Positions 39,854 to 52,946 are shown, numbered from the stretch's first letter. The stretch is DNA of 64,000 nucleotides from Glaucostegus cemiculus (GCA_976551045.1 CDPCPM010000370.1:2914001-2978000), one strand, 5' to 3'. The notes: generated by a model not told the origin, from the sequence alone. Made by a program: numbers and translations.

Positions 39854-40297
39854 GGCTCCATGGCACAGAGGTACACGGAGGAATCCGAAACAAGAGCCCC
39901 GGAGATATTGAAATGAGCTCTCTTGTTGCCTTTGTCTAAATCCGCGGTAAACCTCTTGGGACATTCTGGACGCCGATGCATCTCGCCTGAGCTATACACC
40001 TTCAGCACGTATTTTGGAGATTCCGTGCGATGTTGAATGTACCAAAAGATGGTTGCAGCAGCTCTCGTGAAACTACAGTCCAGTATTAATGTCTGTCCTT
40101 CCTCAACCGTTAATTCTGGAGGCTCCTGGGTCACGGAATCTTGCCCATTCGTTCCTGCAATAAATGACAAACTGAATAAATAGCCCGAGCTTACATTGGT
40201 CCGATGAGACGCACACTGGCTGTGTTGTCAGAGACTCACCGGGCAGCACGGCCAATACAATCAGTAAGGAACAGAAGCAACACACGGAGTCTGGCAT
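39854..40297 (-). CDS. TRAV: TCR V segment, subtype B, open
   Basis: Leader MPDSVCCFCSLLIVLAVLPG, exon 2 from 40154 ...DSSVYLCAMEP; RSS 39853-39815; CTCF-like motif 39777-39790. Confidence 0.86.
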
Positions 40298-41018
40298 CAG
40301 GTTCGGTCGAAAGGTGGATGACTTTCAAGAAATTAAAACTACCTGACAGATATTGGAGAATGAGGTCAGATCAGCGGCACCCTTCGTTTTGTGCAAGGCT
40401 GTGGGCGAGGCCCTGTTAAATCATTGGCTGGTAGATGACTGAAGCTACCACGGCACCAATCAGAATGGGCTCTGCTCAAGTGACGCTGTTTCTTGTTCTG
40501 ATAAAATTGAGCTCTCTCTTTCTCTCTCTCACTCTCTCCCGCGCTCTCTCTCTCTTTCCATTCACACTCTATGATTTTTTCTCTCTTTTCCCTCCTCTCT
40601 CCTCTGTGTCATTCTGTTATTCTCTTCTCCTTGTCTCTCTCTACGATACTCTTTTTCTCGACTGTCATCAGAATGGTCTTCATTTAAATTCGGTTTTCCT
40701 TTCCTTTATGTTTCCCTCTTTCTCGGACGCTCCCTTATCCTCTCATCTGCCTCTTTGTCTCTCTCTCCTCCTTGCATTCTTATCATTTTCTCTGGATATC
40801 TCCATCCATACATTCATCTGGCGAGCTCGCCAGTACCTCTCACAAATTGCTGGATGATGCTGAGTGTCCCCCGGCTAAGAGGACCATATGACGCTCTGTG
40901 TTTCCTGACTGTTGGTATCTTGCAGTTTGTTCTGCTCAGCGCCCCCACTCATGAGCGCTCATTGCAACAACCAGGGCCAGGTTGTTGACCGCAACCGCGA
41001 TCTTGCTCCAACTGTATG

Positions 41019-41225
41019 CAGTCCATGGCACGGAGCTACAAGGCAGAGACCAACACAAGAGCCAAGGTGACGCTTAAATGTGCCTTCTTGCTCTCTTTCT
41101 GCAAAGCTCACGGTGCAGTCTGGAGATCTATCCATCCTTTCGTTATCTATTCTCAGTAAGTATTTTGGAGATTGTCCGCGATGCTGTATGTGCCAAAAAA
41201 TACCCGCATTCCCTAACCCTAAATT
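41019..41225 (-). pseudogene. 5'-truncated V fragment, subtype E
   Basis: FWHIQHRGQSPKYLLRIDNERMDRSPDCTVSF, frameshift. Confidence 0.65.
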
Positions 41226-41420
41226 CAAGAATGTTTTCTCAAGCTTGAGCGACTTTCTTGTTGCCTGTGGCCCTTCTAAAATGGAGCACGCACCCTCGCT
41301 GATTTGTGTGGGTGTGTGTCCCTTTTGGTTTCCTATCTATGCGCCCCCTCTAGTGAGCGCTCTTTGCAATGACCTGGGCCCGGTTTTTGTCTGGATCCGA
41401 CATCTCCCTGCCACAGTGTG

Positions 41421-41844
41421 TGGCACAGAGGTACACGGCGGAGTCCGACACAAGAGACCCGGTGATGTTTAAATGAACCATCTTCATGTCTTTCTCCAGA
41501 TCAGCGCTAAACCTTAACGGGCATTCTGAAGAACATTCCACTTTCCTGCGCTTAAGAGCTTCAGCAAGTATTGCGGACATCCCCATCGATGCTGGACGTA
41601 GCAAAAAATATGTTGATTGCCTATTGAGTGACTACAGTGCAGTATTATGTTCTGGCCTTCCTCAACCGTTAATTCAGGAGGGTCCTGGGTCACTGAATCT
41701 TTCCCGCTTGATCTTGCAATAAAAGACAGAATGTATGAACAGCCCGGCCTTGCATCCAATCCACGGGATACACACCGGCCGTTTTCGCAGAGACTCACCG
41801 GGCAGCACGGCCAATATAATCAGTAAGGAACAGAGGGAACACAT
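41421..41844 (-). pseudogene. V pseudogene, subtype A (MECSSECP group)
   Basis: W>C, 1-bp deletion near 41540, short deletion before the heptamer; RSS 41420-41382 intact. Confidence 0.78.
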
Positions 41845-42893
41845 GGTGTCTGGCTTCAGGCTTGATCAAATCTTTCAAGAATTTAACACCACTACACCGA
41901 TGTTGGAGAATGAGATCAGATCCACGGCACCTTCATTTTGCGTGAGGGGACGTTGCCCTGCTGAAGGATTGGCTGGTAAATTAGAAATGAGCACTAATCA
42001 GAATAGCCTTTGGTTGACTTCTTGTCGCTGTCTCTTTATATTCCGTCCGCTGTCACATTCGAACAGTTATCTCTCTCACACAGACGCACACACACACATC
42101 TCTCTCTTTCTCACGTACACCTATCTCTTTCTCTCTTTCACGTACACACTCACACTTCCCACTCTCTATCACTCTCTCCGTCTCTCAGTCTACCCTCTTT
42201 CCTTCACTATTCCAACAACTTCCAGACCCGCATCTCGCCTATCCACCCCAAACTGTTATTGCATTCCGCATGGCAAATCATTGGAGTACATTGAAAGTAA
42301 CTGAGACGATACCGTTGAATCCTGTGGCATCAGACTTGTTAAGCCTATAATCACCCATTCATTCCTATCCTTTGTTTTCCGCCAGTGAGATAAACTCCCA
42401 TCCATACCAATTAACACGCGGAATTTTTATCTTGTGCCGAGAGCAGAGGGCTGACAGGTTATTGAATGCTTCCCAAAAATGTTAACACGCTGTATCTCTA
42501 TTTTCCCTCTGATCCTCAGTGTTATAGAGCTAACAACGTGTTTCAAAGATAATTTCCATCAAGGTTCTCAAGTGTGAAATGTTGTTGGCGGCGAAATGAA
42601 AAGGGGACATCCAGGTGTCCCGGAAATGCGTTGGGAAATGTGTACCTCCAGGAACGTGACGCACTCAGCAAAATGTCCTCAATCTTCGGCGAGTTCTGTT
42701 ATTGAGGGCGCTCCACTTCTGTGGCGCTTGGTTTGTCTGTGCCCTCTCCAGGCGTCCTGGAAAAAGGCGCCCTCTAGTGAAAGGCTCAGCCGGATCCACC
42801 ATCTCCCTGCCATCGCGTGGGCTCCATGGCACACAGGTACACGGTGGAGTCCCACACCAGAGCCCCGGAGATGTCTCAATGAAGCATCCTTCT

Positions 42894-43664
42894 CAGGCTC
42901 AGTTTATTGTCACTTTCATGTATACATGAAGGCGAGATATCGTACTCCACAGGCCAATGTGCAAAAGACATTAAAGACAATAAAGGACAACAGGACAAAA
43001 CTTCAAAACATTGGAGCCGCATGGACTTCAGTCTGCTGGTACAACACGTCTCCCAGAACCTCAACATTACATCTCCCAGCCCCCAGCCTCACCCCGCACC
43101 GACGAACACCACCAGCCCCCGCAGTCCTACAACCTCCGGGCCCACAGTCCAACAACAACCTCCGGCCCCGCAGTCCGATCCGATGACCACCTCCAGCCCC
43201 GCAGTCCGACGACCTCCGGCCCCGCAGTCCGACGACCTCCAGCTCCTTCACCTCCGGCCCCGCAGTCCGACGACCACCGGCCCCGCAGTCCGACGACCTC
43301 CGGCTGCTTCGCCTCCGGCTCCGCAGTCCGACGACCTCCAGCCCCGCAGGCCGACCACCTTCGGCTCCGCAGGCCAAACACCTCCGGCCCGGGCAGCACC
43401 ATCACCGCCCGCATCCCGACGCCACCACGAGGATCCAGGGCCTTCAACACGCTGTCGCCTCCGATGAGCTCCGACGAGCTGTCGGAGCCGTCAGCACAGA
43501 CAATGACTCCATAAAATGAACACCAAGCACACAAACATTAAGAACAAACATCAGGAACAAAGAACACACAAAAAAACAGCACAAAAACACTAAAAGACTA
43601 ACAAAAAACACAAAGCACTACAGACCCGGGAGAGGCCGCTGCAACTGTGTGCGCCGCAATCTTG
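42894..43664 (-). mobile_element. Non-coding retroposon-like insertion with a Rex1/Babar-like 3' end and an internal GC-rich tandem repeat
   Basis: Absent from paralog ~14083; its end (CAGTTTATTGTCAC...GCGAGATATCGTACTCCACAGG) resembles 53571-53636; no TSD seen. Confidence 0.65.
43110..43390. repeat. Imperfect tandem repeat, ~20-24-bp unit CCGGCCCCGCAGTCCGACGACCT
   Basis: About 10 degenerate copies visible. Confidence 0.85.
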
Positions 43665-44092
43665 GACGTGTTGCCAGGCAGCGGACAACCCAGCCGGGCG
43701 TTCAGATACCTGTCAATCTTCCCTGAGCTATTTATTCTCATCGGGTATTCAGGAGATTGTCAAAACTATCTCCACTACCGCTCTTGTAACTACAGTTCAA
43801 TATTATGGTCTGTCCTTCCTTAACCGTTAATACAGGAGACCCGTCCGTCACTAACTCGTTCCCACTCGTTCAAGCAGTAAAGGACAGGATGTATGAACAG
43901 CCGGACATGCGTTCAGCCCACGGGTCACATTTGGGCATCTTCGCAGAGACTCACCGGGCAGCGCGGCCTTGTTCGTCACCCCTTCTGTTTCAATTCTGTT
44001 CTCTTTACCTAACTGAACCGAGCCGACCTGGGCACCGATTAGAACCCGCTTTGGTTCAATCCGTTTCACTCCCAGTTTTCTCTGTCTCTCGT

Positions 44093-44182
<90 letters not shown>

Positions 44183-44198
44183 TCTAATCTCTCTCTCT
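44093..44198. repeat. (CT)n microsatellite
   Basis: Long, near-pure CT run; similar CT/CA tracts lie upstream of most V promoters. Confidence 0.9.
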
Positions 44199-44792
44199 GT
44201 ATCTATCTCGATCACTGTCTTTATCTCCATCTCTCTCTCCTTCCGATCCAATGAATCCGGCCTCCCACTTGATGTTCACCGCCAAAACGAAAATGTCAAT
44301 CGAATTAACTCATCAATTTTCCCCCATTCTCCGTTTTCCAATAATGAGGTAATCTTCACTCCATGCCAATAAAGCCCATTGAAATATTTACCTCCGTAGT
44401 AAAGTTAAGTGTGACACCTCGTCGATTGCTTGATGGAAATGTAAAGACCCGGTTCTCCAGGTACCAGTGGATCCTCGAAGTTGCAACTGAACGAAATACA
44501 TCAGAGTGCTCAAAGATGAATTCCGTCAAAGCTATCAACAGGGAAATGGGACATCAAGATGTCACGGCAATATTTTGCCACGTCCTACTTGTACGCAGAC
44601 ATCCGATTTAAATTCCTCATCTTTGGCGACTTGGTAGTTGAATATCGCCCTCTAACATGGAGCAGATGACTCTTGATGATTTGTCTGGGCTTCCTTCTGC
44701 TTTCCCCACTAAGCACGCCCTCTAGTGAGCGCTCGTTTCAATATGCAGTGCCCAGTTTTTCTACCTGTCCACCGTCTCACTGCAACTGTGTG

Positions 44793-45223
44793 GGATCCAT
44801 GGCACAGAGGTACACGGTGGAGTCCGACACTGAAGTTCCAGAGATATTTAAAGGAGCCATCTTGATGTCTTTCTGCAGAGCAGCGGTGAACCTCTCCGGG
44901 CATTCTGGAGAACGATCCATCTTTCCTGTGCGATGAAGTTTCAGCAAGTATTGTGGAGCTCCATCTCGGTGCTGTAGGTACAAGAAAACATATGAATTGT
45001 TTGCCGAGTAACTACAGTTTAGTATCATAGACTGTCCTTCTTCAACCGTTAATTCAGGAGGGTCCTGGGTCAGTGAATCTTTCCACTCATTCCTGCAATA
45101 AAAGACAAAATGTATGAACAGCCCGGCCTTGCATCCACCCCACGGGACACACGCCGGACGTTTCCGCAGAGACTCACCGGGCAGCACGGCCAATATAATC
45201 AGCAAGGAACAGAGGGAACACAT
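44793..45223 (-). pseudogene. V pseudogene, subtype A (frameshifted when spliced; W>L; nonamer AGAAAAACT)
   Basis: 1-bp deletion just after the acceptor (GGGAAA>GGAAA, ~45083); the 148-aa ORF exists only if the intron is retained. Confidence 0.72.
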
Positions 45224-46225
45224 GGTGTCTGGCTTCAGGCTCGATCAAATCTTTCAAGAATTTAACACCACTGCGCCGATGCCAGAGAATGAGATCAGAT
45301 CAGCGGCACCTTCATTTTGTGTGTGACTGGGGGCGTTGCCTTGCTAAATAATTGGCTGGTAAATCAGATCTGAGCACCTATCAGAATGGGCTTTGGTTTT
45401 GATTGTCTCTTGTCTCTTCATACTCCGTCCTCTTCAACACTCACACACGCAAATCTCTCTCATTTGCACACACAAATCTCTGTCTCACGCAGACACACAC
45501 GTCTCTCTCTTCTTCACACACATCTCTCTCACAAACACACACTTCTCTATCACACACACATGCACATATACGAACACACACGCAAACACCTCCCTCGCTC
45601 TCTTCCCACTGCCCTTCACCCTTCGCACAACTTGCTAACCTACATGTCACATTATCATACGCATATTCTGTTACATTCCGCATAGAATCGATACACAATA
45701 AAGGTAACAGACAACATTATTGACTCCTGTGGAATCCTACTTGTTCATCCAAAAATCGCCCATTCATCCTTGTGCCTTATTTCCCACCAGAGAGCCAAGC
45801 TCAGATCCATGCCAATACACTTGTGCAGAGACCTTTCGGGTGACACTTTATCGAATGCTTCTAACTAACGTAAACAGGTTGTATCTCCATTTTGCCTCTG
45901 AAACTCACTGCTATCTGCTCGGGGAACGCTAGCAAATTGTTTAGAGATCTTTTCCATCAAAGTTCCCAACAGTAAAATGTTTTCGGAGACTCAGTGAAAG
46001 GGGGATGCCGCGATGTCCCAGAATTGCTTTGCAAAATGTGTACCTCCAGGAAGGTGTTAGATTCAGGAAAGGGGCCCCAATTTTGTGCGAGTTTTGTTGC
46101 AGAGAGCGATCCTCTTAAGTCGAGGCTGGTTTTCTTGTGCACCCTCCAGATTTCTTGTCAAAGATGCCCTTTATAGCGAAAGGGTCGGTTTCTGTGCGGA
46201 TCCGCCGTCTCCCTGCAACAGTGTC

Positions 46226-46521
46226 GGGCTCCGTGGCAGACATGTACGCGGCGGAGTTCCACACCAGAGATCTTTCAACGAAACATAGATCTGACTCTCG
46301 GCCAAGCAGCGTACCACCCAGCTGAGCATTCGGGAGACCTGTCCATCTTCCCTGCGCTATTTATTCTCATCATGTATCCTGGAGATTTGCCGCGATGCGG
46401 AATGTAGCAAACAACATACCCAACTGCCGCTCCTGTAACTGCAGTTCTGTATTATGGTCTGTCTATCCTTCACCTTTAAGACATGAGGTTCTGGAGTCAT
46501 TAACTTGTTCACTCCCGAACC
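46226..46521 (-). pseudogene. Leaderless V pseudogene, subtype C
   Basis: Paralog of 37704-38000. Confidence 0.68.
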
Positions 46522-46680
46522 AGCAATAAAGGAAGTAATGTAGAAATTGCCCGGAATTGCGTTCAGCCCACACTGGGCTAGTAATGCCTTCGGAATCGTG
46601 TCGTTTTTTCTAAAATTCTAGGTAGATGCTCCCTTTTCCAGGGCGAGAGTGTCCTCTGGCGAGCCCACCCGGTAACTATC

Positions 46681-47987
46681 TTTCTTTCTTTTTCAATCTT
46701 TTTATTGATAACAAATCATTATAGGTTAAGATATATAACAACAATGTTTACACATGTATTATATAAATATCAAATAAATCGTAGATAATGATAAAAAAGC
46801 AATAAAGTATGATGTATATAAAAGAAATAATTCCAACAATATCTCAGTTCATAAGTGTAATATAAAAAAATAAAAAAGAAAAAGATTGGTTATATAATTA
46901 GAAGAAAAAACAAAACAAAAAAAACCCCAAAACATTTTTTTTAAGAAAAACAATTTAAAAAATCATAATAATATAGAGTAAATTGAACCAAAAATGAATT
47001 TTAAAAAAGGGGGAAAAAAACAAAACAAGAAGAAAAAAAAACTGGGCTAAAATTCAATAGAAATAGAACAATATAATGTCGTCAGCTCCGTTTCTCTAAA
47101 TTTAAAAAAAAAGTTATAGAAGGGGAGACTACATTGTATGAAAGTATTGAATAAATGGACTCCAAACATCTTCAAATTTAAGCGAAGAATCAACAGTACC
47201 ACTCCTAATTTTTTCCAAATTAAGACATGAAATAGTTTGAGAAAACCATTGAAAAGTGGTAGGGGGTATTGGATCCTTCCATTTGAGCAGGATGGCTCGT
47301 TTGGCCATCAATGTAACGAAAGCAATCATACGATTAGCAGAAGCAGGGAAATGGCCAGACTTTATCCATGGTAATCCAAAAATTGCAGTAATAGGGTGAG
47401 GTTGTAAATCGATCTTCAATACATCTGAAATAATATGAAAAATGTCTTTCCAATATTTTTCCAAATTAGGACAAGACCAGAACATATGTGACAAAGAAGC
47501 CACGTTTGATTTACATCTGTCACAAATAGGGTTTATATGATCATAAACACGAGCTAGCTTATCTTTGGACATATAGGCCCTGTGCACAACTTTAAACTGT
47601 ATCAATGAATGTCTGGCACACATTGAGGATGTATTAACTAAATGAAGAATTTTCTTCCAAATCTCTATAGATATAGAAATCTGGAGTTCAATTTCCCAAT
47701 CATTTTTAATTTTGTCCAGTGAATCTGCTCGTATTTTCATAATTAAATCATAAATTATTGCTGTCAAGCCCTTCTGATGAGGATTAAAACCTAAAATTTT
47801 ATCAATAATTTCATCTTTATAAAGAAATGGAAAGGAAGGTATAGTAGCTTTTAAAAAATTTCTAATCTGCAAATATCGAAAAAAATGTGATCTAGGTAAA
47901 TTATATTTATTAGACAGCTGTTCAAAAGATGCAAAACAGTTATCAATGAATAGATCACGAAAGCATACTATTCCCTTCCTTTTCCAT
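46681..47987 (-). mobile_element. 5'-truncated L1-clade LINE (ORF2 C-terminus with CCHC zinc finger, 3' UTR and tail)
   Basis: ORF ...CDRCKSNVASLSHMFWSC... ending at 47129; AATAAA plus (GAAA)n tail; 14-bp direct repeat ACCCGGTAACTATC at 46667-80 and 47988-48001; absent from paralog ~38150. Confidence 0.9.
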
Positions 47988-48143
47988 ACCCGGTAACTAT
48001 CAGAAAGGCCAAAATCTTCCAGCGACAGGTTAGGCCCCATGTTAGTAGTGATAGCCAGGAGAGAGAGGAGATGGGCATTGGTGAGACAGGCGTCCGAGTG
48101 ATTGGTGGACTGAGGTGGGTGGACTGAGAAATTAGATGAACGC

Positions 48144-48179
<36 letters not shown>

Positions 48180-48534
48180 GTCCCTCTTTTTTGCCATTCC
48201 TTTGCATTAACCGTTTAAGTGTTATGTTTTCCACAGATTTCTCGCAATGCAGAGACATCGTATCTCGGGGTTCTCTTTCATCGTCAATATTACATCCTAA
48301 AGGAACTGTAACAACGGAGAAAGCGGTAACTGAAGTGTCCCGGAAATGCATTTTCAAGAGCTTATTCCTTCCTGTCGATCCTGTGTCCGACAACAGATCG
48401 TTAAGCTTGGGTTACTTTTGTTGCTGAGTGTCGACCTCGAAAATGGAGCACGTGACCCTCACTGATCGGTTTGCGCGTCCCTTCCGGTTTCCACTCTCAA
48501 CGCGCCCTCTTGGGCACGCTTGTTGCGCCTGTTG

Positions 48535-48845
48535 CACACTCATGCACGGCGGAGTCCGACACAGGGACCCAGGAGATATGTTGCCTCCGCTGTTGCTCTC
48601 GTTATGCAAATCAGCGGTAAACTCTACTGCACATTCTGGAGTCCGTTCCGTCCTTCCTGATTTATCAAGTATTTTGGAGATTCCTCGCGAACAATTATAT
48701 GCACTGCCTTTTGAGTGACTACACGTCAGTCTTAAGGTCTGTCCTCCTTTAGCCGTTAGTACAGAAGCAACAACAGGATATATGACCATTCCGAGCTGGC
48801 ACTGAGCCCACGAGACACACATTTGACTCATAGAGCGAACACATT
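48535..48845 (-). pseudogene. V pseudogene, subtype D
   Basis: TERTPECAVEFTADL; RSS deleted. Confidence 0.65.
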
Positions 48846-49629
48846 GTGTCTGGATTCAAAATTGATCGAACGTCAGAGTGCTTTCAATAAGTCAATACGG
48901 CTTGACCACTATTGGAGAATGAGATCTAATCAGTGGCGCCTCTCTGTTTGTGTCTAAGCGTGCGGGCGTTATCCTGCCAGGGGATAGGCTGGTAAATTCG
49001 GACTGACCCTTTGGTGCACCAGTATAGTGGGGTTTGGTGCAATTCAACTCACTGCCTGTTTAAATTCCATTCGTATTCCGCTCTCCCACACACACACGCG
49101 CGCCCATGACCCTTTCTTTCCCTCTCTTTCCATCCGCCGTTCTCTTACCCTCTAATTCTCGCACCCTACCCCCACCTCTCTCTCCCTCTCTTTCTCTCTC
49201 TATGCCCTACAAACTCTCTATACTTCATTTTGAAGTAACCTCTATTGTGACCTCTCATCCAATGGTTTACACTTATAAAGTAATTGCATCTCTGCTGTTC
49301 GCTTCACCCTCACAGCTACATGTTCAAGAGACTCTAGCAGTCAGGTGAAAGATGTTTTCCAGCAGCGTTGACAACGGCATGTCATCTGGGAAAAGGACTT
49401 CGAGATGACCCGGAGTTCCCAGATGCAGGTACGAGTTGAAGACAAGGATAACTCCACATGTTGGGACGGATTTTGGTGCTAATGTTACCCTCTTCAATAT
49501 AGACCGTGATCCTCACTGTTTCCTGGGTGAACCTTACGTAATCAGGCGTAAAGCGCCCTCTGCTGAGCGTTCATTGTCACACCCCGAGCAAGTTTTTGTC
49601 CGGACCCGCCATCTGCCTGCAACAGTGTG

Positions 49630-50073
49630 GGGTTCATGGCACAGAGGTACACGGCGGAGTCCGAAACAAGAGCCCCGGAGATGTTGAAATGAGCTCTCTT
49701 GTTGCCTTTCTCTAAATCCGCAGTAAACCTCTTGGGACATTCTGGAGACGGTTTCATCTCTCCCGAGATATACACCGTCAGTAAGTACTTCGGAGATTCC
49801 GTGCGATGTTGAATGTACCAAAAGATATTTGCAGCAGCTCCTGTGTAACTACAGTCCAGTATTATGGTCTGTCCTTCCTCAACCGTTAAATCTGGAGGCT
49901 CCTGTGTCACGGAATCTTGCCCATTCGTTCCTGCAATTAATGACAAACTGAATAAATAGCCCGAGCTTACATTGGACCGATGCGACGCACACTGGCGGCG
50001 TTGTCAGAGACTCACCGGGCAGCACGGCCAATATAATCAGTAAGGAACAGAGACAACACATGGTGACTGGCAT
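49630..50073 (-). CDS. TRAV: TCR V segment, subtype B, open
   Basis: Leader MPVTMCCLCSLLIILAVLPG, exon 2 from 49930 ...DSAVYLCAMNP; RSS 49629-49591; CTCF-like motif 49553-49566. Confidence 0.88.
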
Positions 50074-50784
50074 CAGGGTCGGTCGAAAGGCGGATTACTT
50101 TCAAGAAATTAAAACTACTTGACAGACATTGGAGAATGAGGTCAGATCAGCGGCAAACCTTCATTTTGAGAAAGGCTAGGGGCGTTGACTTGCGAAATGA
50201 TTGGCTGGTAGATGACTGAACCAATCAAAATGGGGCCTGCTCAAGTGACGCTCTCTCGTTGGTTCTTTCTGATAAATTTCAGTTCTCTCTTCCTCTCTCT
50301 CCCTCTCTCTCCCTCTCTCTCTCTTTCCGTTCACTCTCTCAATGTTTCTTCTCTTTTCCCTCCTCTCTCCTCTGTGCCTTTTTCTCTTCTCTCCTTGTCT
50401 CTCTCTACGATATTCTTTCTCGCGGCTGTCATCGGAATGGTCTTCATTTAAATTCTGTTTTTCATTCCTTTATATTTCCCTCTCACATGCGCACTCCCTT
50501 ATCCTCTGATCTGCCTCTTTGTCTCTCTCTCTCTCTCCTCGCATTCTTATCTTTTTCTCTCGATGTCTCCATCCATCCATTCATTTGGCGAGCTCTCCGG
50601 CACCTCTCTCAAATTGCTGACTGATGCTGAGTGCCCTAGGTTAAGAGGACCATATGACGTTCGGTGTTTCCTGACTGTGGGTCTCTTACAGATTGTCCTG
50701 CTCAGCGCCCTCACTCATGAGCGCGCATTGCAACATCCAGGTCCAGGTTTTTGACCGGAACCAAGATCTTGCTCCAACTGTGTG

Positions 50785-50990
50785 CCGTCCACGGCACGGA
50801 GGTACAAGGCAGAGACCGACACAAGAGCCAAGGTGATGCTTAAATGAGCCTTCTTGCTCTCTTTATGCAAAGCTCACGGTGCAGACTTGAGACCTATGAT
50901 TCTTTTCGTTATCTATTCTCAGTAAGTATTTTGGAGAGTGCCTGCGATGCTGTACGTGCCAAAAAAAAAACCTGCATTGCCTAACCCTAA
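50785..50990 (-). pseudogene. 5'-truncated V fragment, subtype E
   Basis: Homologous to the other E copies. Confidence 0.62.
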
Positions 50991-51187
50991 AATGAAGGAT
51001 GTTTCCTCAAGCTTGGTCGTCTTCCTTCTTGCGTGCGGTCATTCCAAAATGGAGCACGTGACCCTCGCTGATTTCTGTGTGTGTATCCCTTGTCATATCC
51101 TATCTAAGCGCGCCCTCTAGTGAGTGCTCTTTGCAATATCCTGGGCCAGGTTTTTGTCCGGATCCGACATCTCCCCGCCACAGTGTG

Positions 51188-51619
51188 GGCTCCATGGCAC
51201 AGAGGTACACGGCGGAGTCCGATACAAGAGAGCCGGTGATGTTTAAATGAACCATCTTCGTGTCTTTCTGTAGATCAGCGCTGAACCTTGACGGGCATTC
51301 TGAAGAACATTCCATCTTTCCTGTGCTTAAGAGCTTCAGCAAGTGTTGCGGACCTCCCCCTCGATGCCGCATGTACCAAAAAATATGTCGATTGGCTATT
51401 GAGTAACTACAGTGCAGTATTATCGTCTGCCCTTCCTCAACCGTTAGTTCAGGAGGGTCCTGTGTCACTGAATCTTTCCCACTTGTTCCTGCAATAAAAG
51501 ACAGAATTTATGAACAGCCCGGCATTGCATCCAACCCACGGGACACACACCGGCCGTTTTCGCAGAGACTCACCGGGCAGCACGGCCAATATAATCAGTA
51601 AGGAAAAGAAATAACACAT
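51188..51619 (-). CDS. TRAV: TCR V segment, subtype A (MECSSECP group), open
   Basis: Leader MCYFFSLLIILAVLPG, exon 2 from 51488 ...DSAVYLCAMEP; RSS CACACTG-23-ACAAAAACC (51187-51149); CTCF-like motif 51110-51123. Confidence 0.87.
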
Positions 51620-51972
51620 GGTGTCTGGTTTGAGGCTCGATCAAATCTTTCAAGAATTTAACACCATTTCTATGCTGTTGGAGAATGAGAACAGATCAGC
51701 GGCCCCTTCATTTTGTGTGAGACTGGGGACGTTGCCCTGCTAAGGGATTGGCTGGTGAATCAGAAATGAGCACCAGTCAGAATGGGCTTTGGGTAAGTTC
51801 GTCTCTCTACCTCTTTATATTCCGCCCTCTTCCACACTCACACACACAGATCTCTCTCACACACATCCACACACACACGCACACACTCACGTACATCTCT
51901 TACACACAAACACATCTATTTCAGACACATACACATATCTCTCATACACAAACACACTCTCACGCATCTCCC

Positions 51973-52012
<40 letters not shown>

Positions 52013-52646
52013 CTCTGCTCTTCACTTTTATCACAAGTTGATCACCCATATCTATCAGTATCACCCGTAAATTCTATTACATTCCGCCTAACAAATCAGC
52101 GGTGTACATTATCTTAACTGAGAGAACACCGTTGAAACTTACATTTCTCTTGTTAACCCGAATATAACCCATTCAATCCCGGTCTTTGTTTTCCGCTTGT
52201 GTGCTATTCACCAATCCATGCCAATAAACTTCCACTGAGCTTTTATTTTTCTGCAGAAACCTTTGGAGTGTCAGGTTATGGAATGCTTACAGGAAACGCA
52301 AACACGCTGTTTCTCCAGTTGGCCTCTGATCCTTCCTGTTATATCCTCAGGGAGCGCTAGCCAGGTGTTGAAAGCTTCTGTTTTCCATCAACGATCCCAA
52401 CAGCATTATGTTGTTGGAGACACAATGAAAAGTGGACATCGAGGTATCCCAGAAATCCTTGGGATAATGTTTACCTCCAGGAAAGAGGTGTATTTAGAAA
52501 ACATTCCTCATTCTTGGGCACTGAATCTGGTCCTATTCTGCGGGGCGTGGTTCGAGTGTGCGCCCCTCCAGGTTTCGTGGGAAAACGCGCCCTCTAGTGA
52601 AAGTGTCGGTTTCTGTCCGGATCCGCCATCTCCCTGCCAACGTGTG

Positions 52647-52946
52647 GTCCGCATTTCACGGAGTTACACGGCGGAGCCCCACACCATCGCCAGGCAAATG
52701 TTTCAATGAGGCATCCTCCTGACGTCCTGCCAAGCAGCGGAAAACACAGCTAGGGAACCAGTCCATCTTCCGTGAGCTGTTTATTCTCATCAACTATGTT
52801 GGATATTATCCACGATGCTGAATGTAGCAGCAAAATGTCTCCACTACGCTCGTGTCACTGCTGTTCAGTATTATGGACTGTCCTTCTTACCAGTGTCTGT
52901 CCTTTCAATACAGAAGGCTGCTGGGTCACTGCTTCCCGACCGACCC
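52647..52946 (-). pseudogene. Leaderless V pseudogene, subtype C
   Basis: Frameshifts; consensus CTCF-like motif at ~52587. Confidence 0.68.

Larger units (their letters stand above)
42820..43975 (-). pseudogene. V pseudogene, subtype C', interrupted by an insertion
   Basis: Paralog of 14011-14380, split at 42893/43665. Confidence 0.7.

Noticed and set aside
43110-43390. CRISPR-like repeat array
   Set aside because: The context is eukaryotic, and the units are degenerate and head-to-tail without unique spacers.
42596-43534. Pro/Arg-rich overlapping ORFs of 124-196 aa
   Set aside because: They come from the stop-poor GC-rich tandem repeat inside the insertion.
47129-48178. 349-aa ORF as a host-L1 fusion gene
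   Set aside because: The N-terminal ~60 aa is chance read-through from a GA microsatellite and the F relic into a truncated L1 ORF2.
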